Origin: Longimicrobiales bacterium
GTDB taxonomy: Bacteria > Gemmatimonadota > Gemmatimonadetes > Longimicrobiales > Gaopeijiaceae
Length of the DNA stretch: 64,000 nucleotides
NCBI GenBank assembly: GCA_965202805.1
Contig: OZ241869.1
Coordinates: forward strand, 2,336,001-2,400,000
Direction of reading: 5' to 3'
This document shows positions 1 through 10,619 of the stretch, one piece after another. Both the position numbers and the translations under genes were made by a program. Numbering within the stretch: position 1 is the stretch's first letter; every line of letters begins with the position of its first letter. The notes below the pieces were generated by a model that worked only from the letters and a program-made list of their open reading frames with translations, was not told the origin of the DNA and searched no databases.

Positions 1-1
1 C

Positions 2-268
2 GAGACAGCGGGCGAGGACGCCGATACCCTCGCGCATCAACTGTCCTGGGTGCTGAATGAGCTTCGCTCTCCCGCCCGCCGCGAACGCGCCGCGGACGCA
101 GTCGACACCTGGTCGCAGGTCGAGGTCACCTCCGACATCCGGCTCTCGGTCCGGGGAATGGCGGACGAGGACGCGTTCCTTCTGCGCGTCGCCGGGCGCC
201 TGCTGCGGCAGGTGCTCGAGAGCCACAGCCCGTTGGAGGAACGAAGCTCGGACGAGCTTGAGGAGTAG
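2..268 (+). CDS. Partial CDS (3' end), hypothetical; possibly the C-terminus of a MerR-like HTH protein
   Basis: Open frame from the window edge (ETAGEDADTLAHQLSW...WSQVEVTSDIRLSVRG...EELEE) to TAG at 266-268. Confidence 0.5.
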   Translation, partial: ETAGEDADTLAHQLSWVLNELRSPARRERAADAVDTWSQVEVTSDIRLSVRGMADEDAFLLRVAGRLLRQVLESHSPLEERSSDELEE

Positions 269-304
269 GCGCAGCACGGCGGCGGCAGACGGGGGCTGCA
301 GGCC

Positions 305-1225
305 GTGGAGGCGAGCCGCGGACGGGCCGCAATCGTCGTGGAGGGCGCCTGCCGGGCGATCGGCCTGGATTCCCGCGATGTCCTGAGCGTACGGCCGGTC
401 GGGGGCGGCTGCATCAACCAGGGCACCGCGCTTCGCACCACCCGCGGCGACTTCTTCCTGAAGTGGAACCGGCGGGCGGATCACCGCTTCTTCGCCGTGG
501 AGGCCGAGGGTCTGGCGGCGCTGGGGGCCTCGGACGCCGTGCGGGTGCCGTCCGTCGTCGCCGCAAGCGGGCCCGGGGACGAGGTCGCCTGGCTGCTGCT
601 CGAATGGATCGAGGAGGGCCGGGCCGGCAGATCGGGGTGGATGCGGCTGGGCCGGGAGTTGGCCGCGCTGCACCGGGATGTGGGTCCCGGAGGGCCGGGG
701 GGCCCCTTTGGTTGGAGCGGCGACAACCTGATCGGGTCGCTGCCCCAGCCCAACGGGTGGAGCGACGACTGGGCCGGCTTCTGGGCCGAGCGCCGCATCC
801 TTCCGCTGACGCGGGAGCTGCGCGCGCGGGGCACGTTCCCGGCGGCCCGGGCAGCCGTGGTCGAAGCGGTGGCGGAGCACGCGGACGAACTCCTCGGTCC
901 GGCGGCGGCGTCGGACGGCCCTTCCCTGCTCCACGGCGACCTCTGGTCCGGCAACGTGCTCTTCGCCCGCGACGGCGCACCCGTGCTCATCGACCCGGCC
1001 GTGTACGTCGGGCACCGCGAGGTGGACCTGGCCATGGCCGACCTGTTCGGCGGCTTTTCCGGAGCCTTCCGCGAGGCCTACGAGGACGCCTGGCCTCTCC
1101 AGCCCGGCTACCTGCGGCGGCGGCCGGCCTACCAGCTCTACCCGCTGCTGGTGCACGCGCGGCTCTTCGGGGGCGGCTACGCGGCGGCGTCGGTGGCTGC
1201 GGCCAGGGCGGCGCTGGGGGGATAG
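305..1225 (+). CDS. Fructosamine kinase family protein
   Basis: VGGGCIN, FFLKWN, EAEGL, PSLLHGDLWSGN, LIDPAVYVGHREVDLAM, YQLYPLLVH motifs. Confidence 0.93.
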   Translation: MEASRGRAAIVVEGACRAIGLDSRDVLSVRPVGGGCINQGTALRTTRGDFFLKWNRRADHRFFAVEAEGLAALGASDAVRVPSVVAASGPGDEVAWLLLEWIEEGRAGRSGWMRLGRELAALHRDVGPGGPGGPFGWSGDNLIGSLPQPNGWSDDWAGFWAERRILPLTRELRARGTFPAARAAVVEAVAEHADELLGPAAASDGPSLLHGDLWSGNVLFARDGAPVLIDPAVYVGHREVDLAMADLFGGFSGAFREAYEDAWPLQPGYLRRRPAYQLYPLLVHARLFGGGYAAASVAAARAALGG

Positions 1226-1323
1226 GGCGGGCGCGCCGGACGCCGTCCCGTTCGTGCGGTGCCAGAGTCAGAGTTGCATGCTAAGGCAGGCACGGAGGGC
1301 GGGCTGCTCGTCCGAAAGGAGGC

Positions 1324-2622
1324 ATGATGTACGTGAAGTGGCGGGGAACGATGTGCGCAACCTGGAGAGGAAGGAAGCGCCCGAAGCGGATGGCGGCGGT
1401 CTTGCTGACGGGCCTGCTCGCCTCAGGGCCGGCTGCGCTCGAGGGACAGGACGGGATCCGGCGGATGACGCTCGCGGAAGCGCTGGACGCCTTCGCCGAG
1501 AACAGCCCCGCGCTGCGCATCGCGCGGGCCGAGGCGGCGGAGATTGCGGGACGCGCACGCCAGTACCGCAGCTACGCCAACCCCGCCGTCTCGCTCCTGC
1601 GCGAGGATCTGGGTTACTCGGGCGAAGACTACTGGGAAACGACCGCGGGGCTGATGCAGCGGATCGAATGGCCCGGTCGCACCACCGCCCGCGGCGCGGC
1701 CGCCCGCCATGCCATCACCGGGGCCGGCGCCCGGTTCCGTGCCGATTCCCTGCAACTGGTCTACGACGTTCGCGAGGCCTATGTGGCCGCCTGGCTCGCG
1801 GAGGAGGCGGAACGCACCATCGGACAGGCCGCGGAGATGATCCAGGTGGTGACGCGCGCGGCGGAGCAGCGCCTCGAGGCCGGCGACATCTCGGGGTACG
1901 AGACCCGTCGGCTGCGGCTCGGCCGGATTCAGGCCGAGAAGGATGAGGCGGACGCGGAGCTCCGGACCCGTGCCGCGCGCCGGCTGCTGGCGTCCCTGGT
2001 CCTGCCGCAGATTTCCCCGCAGGAGCTGGGACCCGCTGATGCGATTACGGGCCTTCCGCCCACCATCACCGCCGGAATCGCCCTCGACGCCCTCTCCCGC
2101 CGTCCCGATCTGGAGGCCGCCGCGCGCGAACTCGACGCCGCCCGGGCCCGGCACCGGGTCGCGAACCTGGAGTGGGTGCCCGATCCGACGCTGAGCCTGG
2201 CGTACAAGGAGCACGCCGACGGCTTCAAGGGCGCCATGCTCGGGGTGGACCTGCCGCTGCCCATCTTCAACCGGGCCGGGGGCGCCCGGGAGGAAGCCGC
2301 CGCGCGCGAATCGGCGGCCACCTCGAGCCTCGAGCTTCTGCGGCGCCGGGCCGAACTCGACCTGGTGGACGCGTCCGACCGGTATTCGGTCGCGCGCGAG
2401 CGTCTGGAGGTCACGGGCGAGGGGATCATGGCCGAGGCCGGGGTTCTACTCTCGGCGGCACGGGTGGCGTACGATGAGGGCGAGATGACGCTGGTGGAGT
2501 TCCTGGACGCGACCGGGGCCTTCCGGGATGCCCGCCTGAGCGCGCTCGCGCTGCGGGCGGAAGCCTGGATCGCCTGGTACAACCTGCTGCGCGCCATGGG
2601 TGCCCCCGGGGAGGAGTCATGA
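1324..2622 (+). CDS. TolC-family outer membrane efflux protein (CzcC-like)
   Basis: Signal-like N-terminus, NP motif, LPLPIFNR, YDEGEMTLVEFLDA; first gene of an RND triad; start uncertain (1324/1351/1389). Confidence 0.85.
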   Translation: MMYVKWRGTMCATWRGRKRPKRMAAVLLTGLLASGPAALEGQDGIRRMTLAEALDAFAENSPALRIARAEAAEIAGRARQYRSYANPAVSLLREDLGYSGEDYWETTAGLMQRIEWPGRTTARGAAARHAITGAGARFRADSLQLVYDVREAYVAAWLAEEAERTIGQAAEMIQVVTRAAEQRLEAGDISGYETRRLRLGRIQAEKDEADAELRTRAARRLLASLVLPQISPQELGPADAITGLPPTITAGIALDALSRRPDLEAAARELDAARARHRVANLEWVPDPTLSLAYKEHADGFKGAMLGVDLPLPIFNRAGGAREEAAARESAATSSLELLRRRAELDLVDASDRYSVARERLEVTGEGIMAEAGVLLSAARVAYDEGEMTLVEFLDATGAFRDARLSALALRAEAWIAWYNLLRAMGAPGEES

Positions 2623-4151
2623 TGGGGGGAGTCGGGATTGCGATGGCGGGCCGGGCCAGGATCACGCTGGTGTCCGGAATTGCCGCGGCGCTTTGCTGCA
2701 TCGCCTGCAGTCCGGGCGCGGACGGTCTTCCGCCGGAGGCCGATCCGGTCTTCGCCGGGGGCGCGGTGGTGACCCACTGGACCGACGCGCTGGAGCTCTT
2801 CGTCGAGTATCCGCCGCACGTTCGCGGGCTGGCGGGCGACGTGTGGGCGATCCACCTCACCTGGCTCGCCGACTGGTCGCCGGTCGAGGAAGGCAGCCTG
2901 ACGCTGGCGCTGGAAGGGCCGGGAGGCGCGCGCGAGGAGATCGTGATGCCCGCACCCAGCCGGTCGGGCGTCTTCACGACGGCGCCGGTGCTGCCGGTGG
3001 CGGGAATGTGGCGCGCCGACTTCACGCTTTCCGCCCGCGGCCGGGAATACCCGGTCCCGGTGGGCGAGCTCGAGGTCTTCGAGAGCGTCGACGCCCTGGT
3101 CCTGGAAGAAGACGTCGGGGCCCCGGGTCTGATCACGCTGCTGAAGGAGCAGCAGTGGGTGATGCCCTTCGGCGTGGCCGCCGCGGAGGAGCGCAGCATC
3201 CCCCGTTCGATTCCGGCGGCGGGAGAGATCGCCGCGCCCGCCGACGGCCTCGCGCACGTCTCCGTGCCGGTCACCGGGCTGGTGGTGGTGCAGGGTCCCA
3301 CGCCCGCCCCGGGGGATGCGGTCGCCGCGGGGCAGACGCTCGCCCTGATCGCCCCCACCAGCCTGGACGACTCGTTCGCGCGCATGCAGGTGCGGGTGGC
3401 GCACGCGGAGCGGGAAGCGGCGCGCGCGGAGCGGCTGTTCGCCGCCGAGGCCATCCCGGAACGCCGCCTGCTGGAGGCGCGGCACGAACTGGAGGTGGCG
3501 CGCGCGGCCTTCGCGGCCGTGGGCGGCATCCAGGCGCCGGAGGGCGATGAGGCCGCGCACCTCTATGCGCTGCGGAGCCCAATCGGCGGCGTCCTCTCCG
3601 AACGCCATGTCGCCCCCGGGGAGCAGGTGGAAGCCGGCGCGCATGCCTTCACGGTGGTCGATCCCGCGACGCTCTGGTTCATCGCCCGGCTGCCGGCACG
3701 CGAGGCCGCGGGGGCGGGTGGGGTGCGGGAGGCCTGGTTCACGGTCGAGGGGGCGGACGCGACCTACACGACCGACCGGGTGGTCTCCACCGGCACCGTC
3801 ATCGACCCGGAGACCCGCACCCTGCCGCTGCGCTTCGCCGTCGCCAACCCGGAAGGCCGGCTCAAGGTGGGCATGCTGGCCGAGGGGCGGCTGCTCACGG
3901 GAGAGCCGGTGACCGGTGTCGCCGTGCCGTCCGAGGCGATTCAGGACGAGGACGGGCTCGGGGTCGTCTACGTCGAAGTCGGCGGCGAGAGCTTCCAGCG
4001 CCGGGTGGTGGAGCGGGGGCCCTCCGACGGCGCCTGGACCCTCGTCACCGGCGTGGCGATCGGCGAGAAGGTGGTCACAACCGGCGCCTATCAGGTGTTC
4101 CTCGCGTCGCTCGGCGACGCCGAACTCGCCGATCACGGGCACACGCATTGA
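2619..4151 (+). CDS. RND efflux periplasmic adaptor subunit (CzcB-like)
   Basis: LRSPIGG, IDPETRTL, LKVGM, VAVPSEAI motifs; C-terminal DHGHTH; ATGA overlap with the TolC gene. Confidence 0.9.
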   Translation: MMGGVGIAMAGRARITLVSGIAAALCCIACSPGADGLPPEADPVFAGGAVVTHWTDALELFVEYPPHVRGLAGDVWAIHLTWLADWSPVEEGSLTLALEGPGGAREEIVMPAPSRSGVFTTAPVLPVAGMWRADFTLSARGREYPVPVGELEVFESVDALVLEEDVGAPGLITLLKEQQWVMPFGVAAAEERSIPRSIPAAGEIAAPADGLAHVSVPVTGLVVVQGPTPAPGDAVAAGQTLALIAPTSLDDSFARMQVRVAHAEREAARAERLFAAEAIPERRLLEARHELEVARAAFAAVGGIQAPEGDEAAHLYALRSPIGGVLSERHVAPGEQVEAGAHAFTVVDPATLWFIARLPAREAAGAGGVREAWFTVEGADATYTTDRVVSTGTVIDPETRTLPLRFAVANPEGRLKVGMLAEGRLLTGEPVTGVAVPSEAIQDEDGLGVVYVEVGGESFQRRVVERGPSDGAWTLVTGVAIGEKVVTTGAYQVFLASLGDAELADHGHTH

Positions 4152-4164
4152 CGGATACCGGCTG

Positions 4165-7100
4165 ATGTCCCCGACGCCCGCCGGGCGGGACGAGAGCGGC
4201 ATTCTCGACGCGGTGGTCGGTGCGTCGCTCCGGCACCGGCTGCTCACCGTCGGCGCCGCGGCGGTTGCGCTCGCGGGCGGGGGATGGGTCGCGGCGACCC
4301 TCCCCGTCGATGTCTTTCCGGATCTCACCGCCCCTACCGTCACGGTGCTCACGGACGCCCACGGCCTGGCGCCCGAAGAGGTCGAGAGCCTGGTGACCTT
4401 CCCCCTCGAAACCGCCGTCAACGGAGCCCCGGGCGTGCGCCGGGTGCGGTCCAGTTCGGCGCAGGGCATCAGCATCGTCTGGGTGGACTTCGACTGGGGC
4501 ACGGATCTGTTCCGCGCGCGCCAGATCGTGAACGAGCGGCTACAGCTCGCCGTGACGCAATTCCCCGACGACGTGACGGCTCCCGTCCTCGCCCCGGTCA
4601 GCTCGATCATGGGCGAGATTCTGCTCGTCGGCATGACCGCGCCGGAGGCACAGCTCATGGAAGCCCGCACCGCCGCGGACTGGACGGTGCGGCGCCGGCT
4701 GCTGGCCGTGCCGGGCGTGTCGCAGGTGATTCCCATCGGGGGCGAGGTGCGCCAGTACCAGATCCTGGTCGATCCCGGCCGGATGCGGGCGTACGGGATC
4801 GCGCTGGACGAGGTTCTCGCCGCCGCGGCCGCATCGAACCGCAACGTGTCGGGCGGAGTCTACCGATCCGGAGGCCGGGAGGTCCTCATCCGGGGCCTCG
4901 GACGCGCGCGCGGCCTGGAGGAGATCGGCCTCACCGTGGTCGCGGTGCGCGACGGCGTGCCCGTGCTGATCGAGGACGTCGCCGACGTGCGCATCGGCCC
5001 GAAGATCCGCTTCGGGACGGCCGCGGTGAATGCCGAGCCGGCCGTCATCCTCTCGATTCAGAAACAGCCGGGCGCCAACACGCTGGAGCTCACGGAGCGC
5101 GTGGACGCCGAACTGGACGCCATCGAGGCCGAGCTCCCCGCGGGCGTCTCGTTCGCGCGGGCCATCTTCCGCCAGGCCGACTTCATCTCGCTGGCCGTGG
5201 AGAACGTGGTGGAGGCGCTCCGCGATGGGGCGGTGCTCGTCATCGTCATCCTGTTCCTCTTCCTCTGGAACCTGCGCACGACGGTCATTTCCGTTCTGGC
5301 GATTCCCCTGTCGCTCGCGCTGGCCGTTCTCGCCCTGCTCCTGCTCGGGGGCACGATCAACACGATGACCCTGGGGGGGATGGCGATCGCCATCGGCGCC
5401 CTGGTCGACGACGCCATCATCTTCGTGGAGAACGCCTACCGGCGGCTGCGCGGCAACCGGCAGCAGCCGGAGGACATGCGGCAGCCGACCCTGCCGCTGA
5501 TCCGCTACGCCGCACGCGAAATGCGCGACCCGATCGTCAACGCGACCCTCATCATCACCGTCGTGTTCGTGCCGCTCTTCTTCCTGTCCGGGGTGGAGGG
5601 CCGCATGCTGCGCCCGCTCGGCCAGGCCTACATCGTGGCCATTCTGGCCTCCCTGCTGGTGGCGGTCACCGTGACCCCGGTGCTCTGTTCCCTGCTCCTG
5701 TCGGAGGATCGCTCGCTGGCGAAGAAGCAGGAACCCTGGCTGCTGCGCGGCGTGCAGCGCCTCTACGGAAACCTGCTGGAATGGACCCTGCGCCGCTCGG
5801 GTGTCGTGGTGGCGGGGGCGGGTGTGCTGCTGCTGGGCACGCTGGCGCTGATCCCCTCGCTGGGCGGCGAGTTCCTGCCCCCGTTCCGGGAAGGTTCGCT
5901 GACCATCTCGGTGGTCAGCCTGCCGGGGACCTCGCTGGCGGAGTCGGACGGGATCGGAGCACGGGTGGAACGGCGCCTGCTGGACCATCCCGCGGTGGTC
6001 TCCACCTCGCGGCGGACCGGGCGGGCGGATCTGGACGAGCACGCACAGGGTTCCAACGCCTCCGAGATCGACGCGCGGCTCGACCTGACCGGGCACGAGC
6101 TGGACGACGTGCTGGCGGAACTGCGCGACGGCCTCGGCGGCTTTCCGGGCACCAACGTCACGGTGGGTCAGCCCATCGGACACCGCATCGATCACATGCT
6201 CTCCGGGACGCGCGCCGCCATCGCGGTGAACCTGTTCGGACCGGAGCTGCAGCCCCTGCGCGACATCGCGGCGCAGATCGAGACCGTCGCCGGCCAGGTC
6301 CCCGGCCTGGTGGACATCTCCGTCGAACGGCAGGCGGACGTGCCGCAACTCCAGGTCCGCGCCGACCGTCGCGCCATGGCCCGCTACGGCGTCACCCCGG
6401 GATCGCTGGCGGCCGCGGTGGACGTCGCGTTCCAGGGAGAGGAGGTCTCGCTGATCCGGGAGGGCCAGCGCGCCTTCGACCTGGTCGTGCGCTACGCCGA
6501 CGAGCATCGTGCGGACGCGGACGCCATCGGGGGCACGCTGGTCTCGACGCCCGCGGGTGCGACGGTCCCGCTCTCGCAGCTCGCAGCCATCGTGCCGGCC
6601 CGGGGCCCCAACACCATCAGCCGCGAAAACGTCCAGAGGAAGATCGCGATCAGCGCCAACGTGGCAGACCGCGACGTGGTCGGCGCGGTGACGGAGCTTC
6701 AGGAGAGGGTCGCGGCGGAGGTGGCGCTGCCGCAGGGGTACTCGCTTCAGTACGGCGGACAGTTCGAGAGCGGACAGGCGGCCACCCGGCGCATCACCGT
6801 GCTCTCGTTCTTCTCGATCGCCGCGATCTTCCTGGTCCTGCTGCGGGCCTTCGGCGACGCCCGCACGGCGCTGCTTCTCATGGCCAACCTGCCCCTGGCC
6901 CTCGCGGGCGGCGTCGCCACGGTGATGCTCATCGGCGGCACCATCAACGTCGCCACCCTGGTCGGCTTCATCACCCTCTTCGGCATCGCCGTGCGCAACG
7001 GCATCCTGCTGGTCAGCCGCTACCAGCACCTGTGCGGGCACGGTCTTCCGCTCCCGGGCGCCATCCGGCGAGGGTCGACGGAGCGCCTCAGCCCCATCGT

Positions 7101-7290
7101 GATGACCGCGCTCACCACGGGCCTGGCGCTGATCCCGCTGGCGCTCGGCATCGGCGAACCCGGTAAGGAGATTCAGGCTCCGCTCGCGGTGGTGGTGCTC
7201 GGCGGCCTGATCACATCGACCTTCCTCAACATGTTCGTCATTCCCGCGCTCTTCCTGCGGTATGGGCGGTTCGGAAGGGAGGCGCCGTAA
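4165..7290 (+). CDS. CusA/CzcA-family heavy-metal RND permease
   Basis: PVDVFPDLTAPTV, EEVESLVTFPLE, TM4 GALVDDAIIFVEN, RLSPIVMTALT; ATG at 4165 is in the 3916 frame. Confidence 0.93.
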   Translation: MSPTPAGRDESGILDAVVGASLRHRLLTVGAAAVALAGGGWVAATLPVDVFPDLTAPTVTVLTDAHGLAPEEVESLVTFPLETAVNGAPGVRRVRSSSAQGISIVWVDFDWGTDLFRARQIVNERLQLAVTQFPDDVTAPVLAPVSSIMGEILLVGMTAPEAQLMEARTAADWTVRRRLLAVPGVSQVIPIGGEVRQYQILVDPGRMRAYGIALDEVLAAAAASNRNVSGGVYRSGGREVLIRGLGRARGLEEIGLTVVAVRDGVPVLIEDVADVRIGPKIRFGTAAVNAEPAVILSIQKQPGANTLELTERVDAELDAIEAELPAGVSFARAIFRQADFISLAVENVVEALRDGAVLVIVILFLFLWNLRTTVISVLAIPLSLALAVLALLLLGGTINTMTLGGMAIAIGALVDDAIIFVENAYRRLRGNRQQPEDMRQPTLPLIRYAAREMRDPIVNATLIITVVFVPLFFLSGVEGRMLRPLGQAYIVAILASLLVAVTVTPVLCSLLLSEDRSLAKKQEPWLLRGVQRLYGNLLEWTLRRSGVVVAGAGVLLLGTLALIPSLGGEFLPPFREGSLTISVVSLPGTSLAESDGIGARVERRLLDHPAVVSTSRRTGRADLDEHAQGSNASEIDARLDLTGHELDDVLAELRDGLGGFPGTNVTVGQPIGHRIDHMLSGTRAAIAVNLFGPELQPLRDIAAQIETVAGQVPGLVDISVERQADVPQLQVRADRRAMARYGVTPGSLAAAVDVAFQGEEVSLIREGQRAFDLVVRYADEHRADADAIGGTLVSTPAGATVPLSQLAAIVPARGPNTISRENVQRKIAISANVADRDVVGAVTELQERVAAEVALPQGYSLQYGGQFESGQAATRRITVLSFFSIAAIFLVLLRAFGDARTALLLMANLPLALAGGVATVMLIGGTINVATLVGFITLFGIAVRNGILLVSRYQHLCGHGLPLPGAIRRGSTERLSPIVMTALTTGLALIPLALGIGEPGKEIQAPLAVVVLGGLITSTFLNMFVIPALFLRYGRFGREAP

Positions 7291-7343
7291 GAGCGTCTTG
7301 CCAGCCCCGCGCTCGCTGCTCGCGCGGACTTGTCCACGGTCTG

Positions 7344-10300
7344 CTAATGCAGGACGTTGCTTGACCTGAGGTGGGCCATAACCGGGCCGATCATGAGCGG
7401 ACGGATGCGATAGCGGGACCGGGCGACGCCACCCCCTGCCGCTCTCTCGGCGGGCGGCTTCTCCGGGGCCGCGTCCCCAACCCCCTCGATCACGTCCGCG
7501 ACCTTCTCGATCACCCGGCTCTCCTCCAGTGACCGGAGGATGTGCAGGCTCTCGGGGGCCGCGGTTCGCGCGACTTCACAGTATTCGTCGACGGTCAGGG
7601 TTCCGTGGTCGAGGATGGCCTTGAGTGCGAAGCTCTGCGTCCGGTCCAGGTGCTCGATTCCCGAATCCAGCGTGCTCGGCGGTTGCACGACGAGGGTGCC
7701 CGGGGTCGACGTGAAGTCCGCCGTACGCAGCCAGTGGAAGAGCGCCAGGCGAACCGATCCCAGGGAGGCGCGGTGCAGGCGCTGGAAGTAGTCCGCCTCG
7801 ACGAGCAGTTCCTGCTTCTCCGCGCCCCGCAGCCGGCGCGTCCGCCGCCGCAACGCCGCGCGCCCGTCATCTGGTTCGGCGTAACGCAGCGGAAGGCCGC
7901 TCAGCCGGTGCCGGGCCAGAACGGCCTGCTTCAGCTCTTCGGGCGACAGCTCTCCCAGATTGACCCGCTCGATGTCGTGCACGAAGGCCGGCGCCCGCTT
8001 CTCGACCAGTTGCCAGGCCGACGAGGTCATGGCCGCGATCCAGAGCACCTTCGATTCGGTGCGCGACATGAAGGTCAGGAGCCGCTCGAACAGCCTGCTG
8101 CCCTGGGGCGTGCGCATGTGAAGATGTTCCGTCGCCTCCAGGATGACGAAGCCGGGAATCGTCCTGGGCGGCGCCTCCAGGACACGCTCCGCAAGGGAGT
8201 CGAGATCGCGCGCTTCCTCCAGACCCAGCCATCCGGCCAGACATTCCGCGAGACGTGCTTCTGCCGTGACACGGGTGGCGAACGTCCGCCGCACCCCACT
8301 CGGGATCGCTTCGGAAAGGCCGCTTGCCACGACATTCAGGAAACTGGTCACGCCCGCGCCGGGCGATGCGATGACGACCACGGACCTCGGCTCCGCGTGC
8401 GTTCGCCGGCCCCAGGCCGATCCCACTGCGGCCATCGCGTCTTCCCGTCCCGCCAGCAACCTCACGTCAGTCAGCGGCTCGAGCGAGAATAGGCGCCGGT
8501 ATACGACCGGGAGCGCGCGCGGGTACGCCTTCGCGTGCGCGAGGGAATCTTCGCGGCGACCGGCGGCGGCCCGGGGCGCCGGACCGAGACCCAGGCTCGC
8601 GCGCAGTTGGCGAAGGAGCGCCAGGGCCCACGATGCAGCCGTGGTGGCGCGGGCGCCGGCCTGAGCGGACAGCCGCCCCGTCCGGTTCAACGCCCGGGCG
8701 AACCCGACCGCGAGAACCGTGCGAGCTTCGAGATAGCCCGCCGTCATCCGGTCCGCGGTGACGTGCTCGATCAGCCGGCGCGAACCGCCGCCGATCTCGG
8801 CGGCGACCTTGTCTTTCGCCGCGACGAGGGCTTCGCGCAGAAGTTCGCGCGCTGCGGCGGCCTTGTTGCCGGCACGGGTGAGGGCGTTGACGACCAGCGC
8901 GGTGGGGTGCGGCGCGCCGGAATTGCGCCGATCATTCGTCTCCGCGACCGCGGCCTCGTAGCCGTATCCCGACACTTCCCGGAGCTCGGCCACCTCCAGG
9001 TGTGCCCGGCGCATGGCTTCGCGGATCGCAGAAGGCGCGGCGCGCATGCGTTCCCGGCGCAGGAGATCGAACGCATGGAGGAAGGTCTCGCGCAGGCGCA
9101 CGGTGCGGGGGTCGGCCCCCGGCTTTCGCGGGGTATCTCCGGGCGCGGGGATGTCGTGGAGGGCCAGGGCTCCCGGCATCCGCTCCCGAACCTGGTCCAG
9201 GGCGTGGATTCCCTCCTCCACCGTGCGGGTCAGCGCCTCCAACACGGCATCGGGTTCCGGCAGGCTGTCCTGGACGAGCGCGAGCGCCCGGCCGGTCCGT
9301 TGCCGCTCGGCCTCGAGCATCGCCGGCAGATCCGCGTCGTCGGCAGACAGGCTCTCCGCACGCTCCCTGCTTCGGTCCAGTTCGGCCGCGACGTCCGCCA
9401 GCACCGCATCCGCATTCCGGACGATGCGCGACCAGCCGCGCCGCAACTCGCCTAGAATCCCGTCGACGCCCCGCCGCATGGCAACCAGATTGCGGTACAG
9501 CTCCAGTCGAGCCGCGGCTCCCGCCGCCCAGGCGTCCCATTGCGCGGCCAGCTCCGGTTGGAGTCCGGCGCGCGGCCGGCTGGACGGAGGGTCCGCCGCG
9601 AAGGTGCCGGCCACCGCGACCGAGGCCGCGAGCAACTCCTCCAGGCGGCGGAAGTCGGCGCTCCGGGCGCTCCGGCAAGCCCATTCGGCCTCGTCGATGA
9701 GCGCCTGCAACTCGGCCCGAAACGCCGCCCCGGCGGTGTGGTGGATCCGTGCTTCGTCAGGCAGCTGCTCCTCCGCAGGGTCGGCGGTCCGCTCGGGGGC
9801 GTCCGCGGCACGGGCCGGCTGCAGCACCGCAGCGGCCCACCCGGAGCACGCGCGCTCGAGGTGCCCGAGCCATTCCGCTCGGTCGCGCTGGCTTTGCCTG
9901 AAGGCGGTCGCCTGCGCACGCAGCACCACCTGGTCGAGGTGCTGGCGGGCCAGCCGGGCCACCGGGACGCGGCGCATGCGGCCCCGCCACACCACCGGGC
10001 CGAGCAGGCGCGCGACGGCACGCTTGATCGTGCGGACGGTACCGACACCGGCGACGCGCGCGGCGGAGGACCGCGAAGCCGGCGCCTGGAGGATCGCCGG
10101 CAGCTGCGCCAGCGACGCCCGCGCCCCATCCGCGGTCGCGGCAAGCGATCGTTCGAGCGTGGTCGCGACCCTCGGTCGGGCCAGCACGACACGGAGAGGC
10201 TCGATGACCTCTTCCGAGACTGCATCGCGATACCGCGCCGGCGCCCCGGGCACATCCCCGCCCCTGTCGACGGCGCGCGCGTCCCGGCCTCCGTCCCCCG

Positions 10301-10619
10301 CGAGCCCTCCCCGTCCCCCACCGCTGCGACCGGCACCCTCCGTTCCCTCGACGGCGAGGGCGTCGAGTGCCCGCTCATGCGCACCCGCGGCGTCCTCCAG
10401 CGTCCGGCGAACGGGATGCCACGCTTTCTTTTCGTAGCGCCGCCAGGCCTCAGCGAAGGGCTCGTGCACCACTGCGGCAATGCGGGCGACGATGTCGGAG
10501 TCGCCGGAAACCCCAGGCCCGCTCCTGCTGTCGCTCGGCGGTGAAGAGACCGTCACCCGGGCGGCGTCCGCGGTATCCTGGCCGGGGACCTCGGGTCTCG
10601 TGCGCGAGTCTCCGTTCAT
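7344..10619 (-). CDS. Large hypothetical protein with C-terminal degenerate P-loop NTPase-like domain
   Basis: 1091-aa ORF; long helical N-terminal region, YRRLFSLEPL, Walker-A-like ASPGAGVTS, Walker-B-like FVILEATEH; ATGA overlap with the mscS-like gene. Confidence 0.7.
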   Translation of the reverse strand: MNGDSRTRPEVPGQDTADAARVTVSSPPSDSRSGPGVSGDSDIVARIAAVVHEPFAEAWRRYEKKAWHPVRRTLEDAAGAHERALDALAVEGTEGAGRSGGGRGGLAGDGGRDARAVDRGGDVPGAPARYRDAVSEEVIEPLRVVLARPRVATTLERSLAATADGARASLAQLPAILQAPASRSSAARVAGVGTVRTIKRAVARLLGPVVWRGRMRRVPVARLARQHLDQVVLRAQATAFRQSQRDRAEWLGHLERACSGWAAAVLQPARAADAPERTADPAEEQLPDEARIHHTAGAAFRAELQALIDEAEWACRSARSADFRRLEELLAASVAVAGTFAADPPSSRPRAGLQPELAAQWDAWAAGAAARLELYRNLVAMRRGVDGILGELRRGWSRIVRNADAVLADVAAELDRSRERAESLSADDADLPAMLEAERQRTGRALALVQDSLPEPDAVLEALTRTVEEGIHALDQVRERMPGALALHDIPAPGDTPRKPGADPRTVRLRETFLHAFDLLRRERMRAAPSAIREAMRRAHLEVAELREVSGYGYEAAVAETNDRRNSGAPHPTALVVNALTRAGNKAAAARELLREALVAAKDKVAAEIGGGSRRLIEHVTADRMTAGYLEARTVLAVGFARALNRTGRLSAQAGARATTAASWALALLRQLRASLGLGPAPRAAAGRREDSLAHAKAYPRALPVVYRRLFSLEPLTDVRLLAGREDAMAAVGSAWGRRTHAEPRSVVVIASPGAGVTSFLNVVASGLSEAIPSGVRRTFATRVTAEARLAECLAGWLGLEEARDLDSLAERVLEAPPRTIPGFVILEATEHLHMRTPQGSRLFERLLTFMSRTESKVLWIAAMTSSAWQLVEKRAPAFVHDIERVNLGELSPEELKQAVLARHRLSGLPLRYAEPDDGRAALRRRTRRLRGAEKQELLVEADYFQRLHRASLGSVRLALFHWLRTADFTSTPGTLVVQPPSTLDSGIEHLDRTQSFALKAILDHGTLTVDEYCEVARTAAPESLHILRSLEESRVIEKVADVIEGVGDAAPEKPPAERAAGGGVARSRYRIRPLMIGPVMAHLRSSNVLH

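Noticed and set aside
1929..4844. Long antisense or alternative-frame ORFs (also 4284-7166, 25023-28256, 57662-59743 and similar)
   Set aside because: Shadow ORFs expected at high GC: Arg/Pro/Gly-rich, no motifs, overlapping well-supported genes
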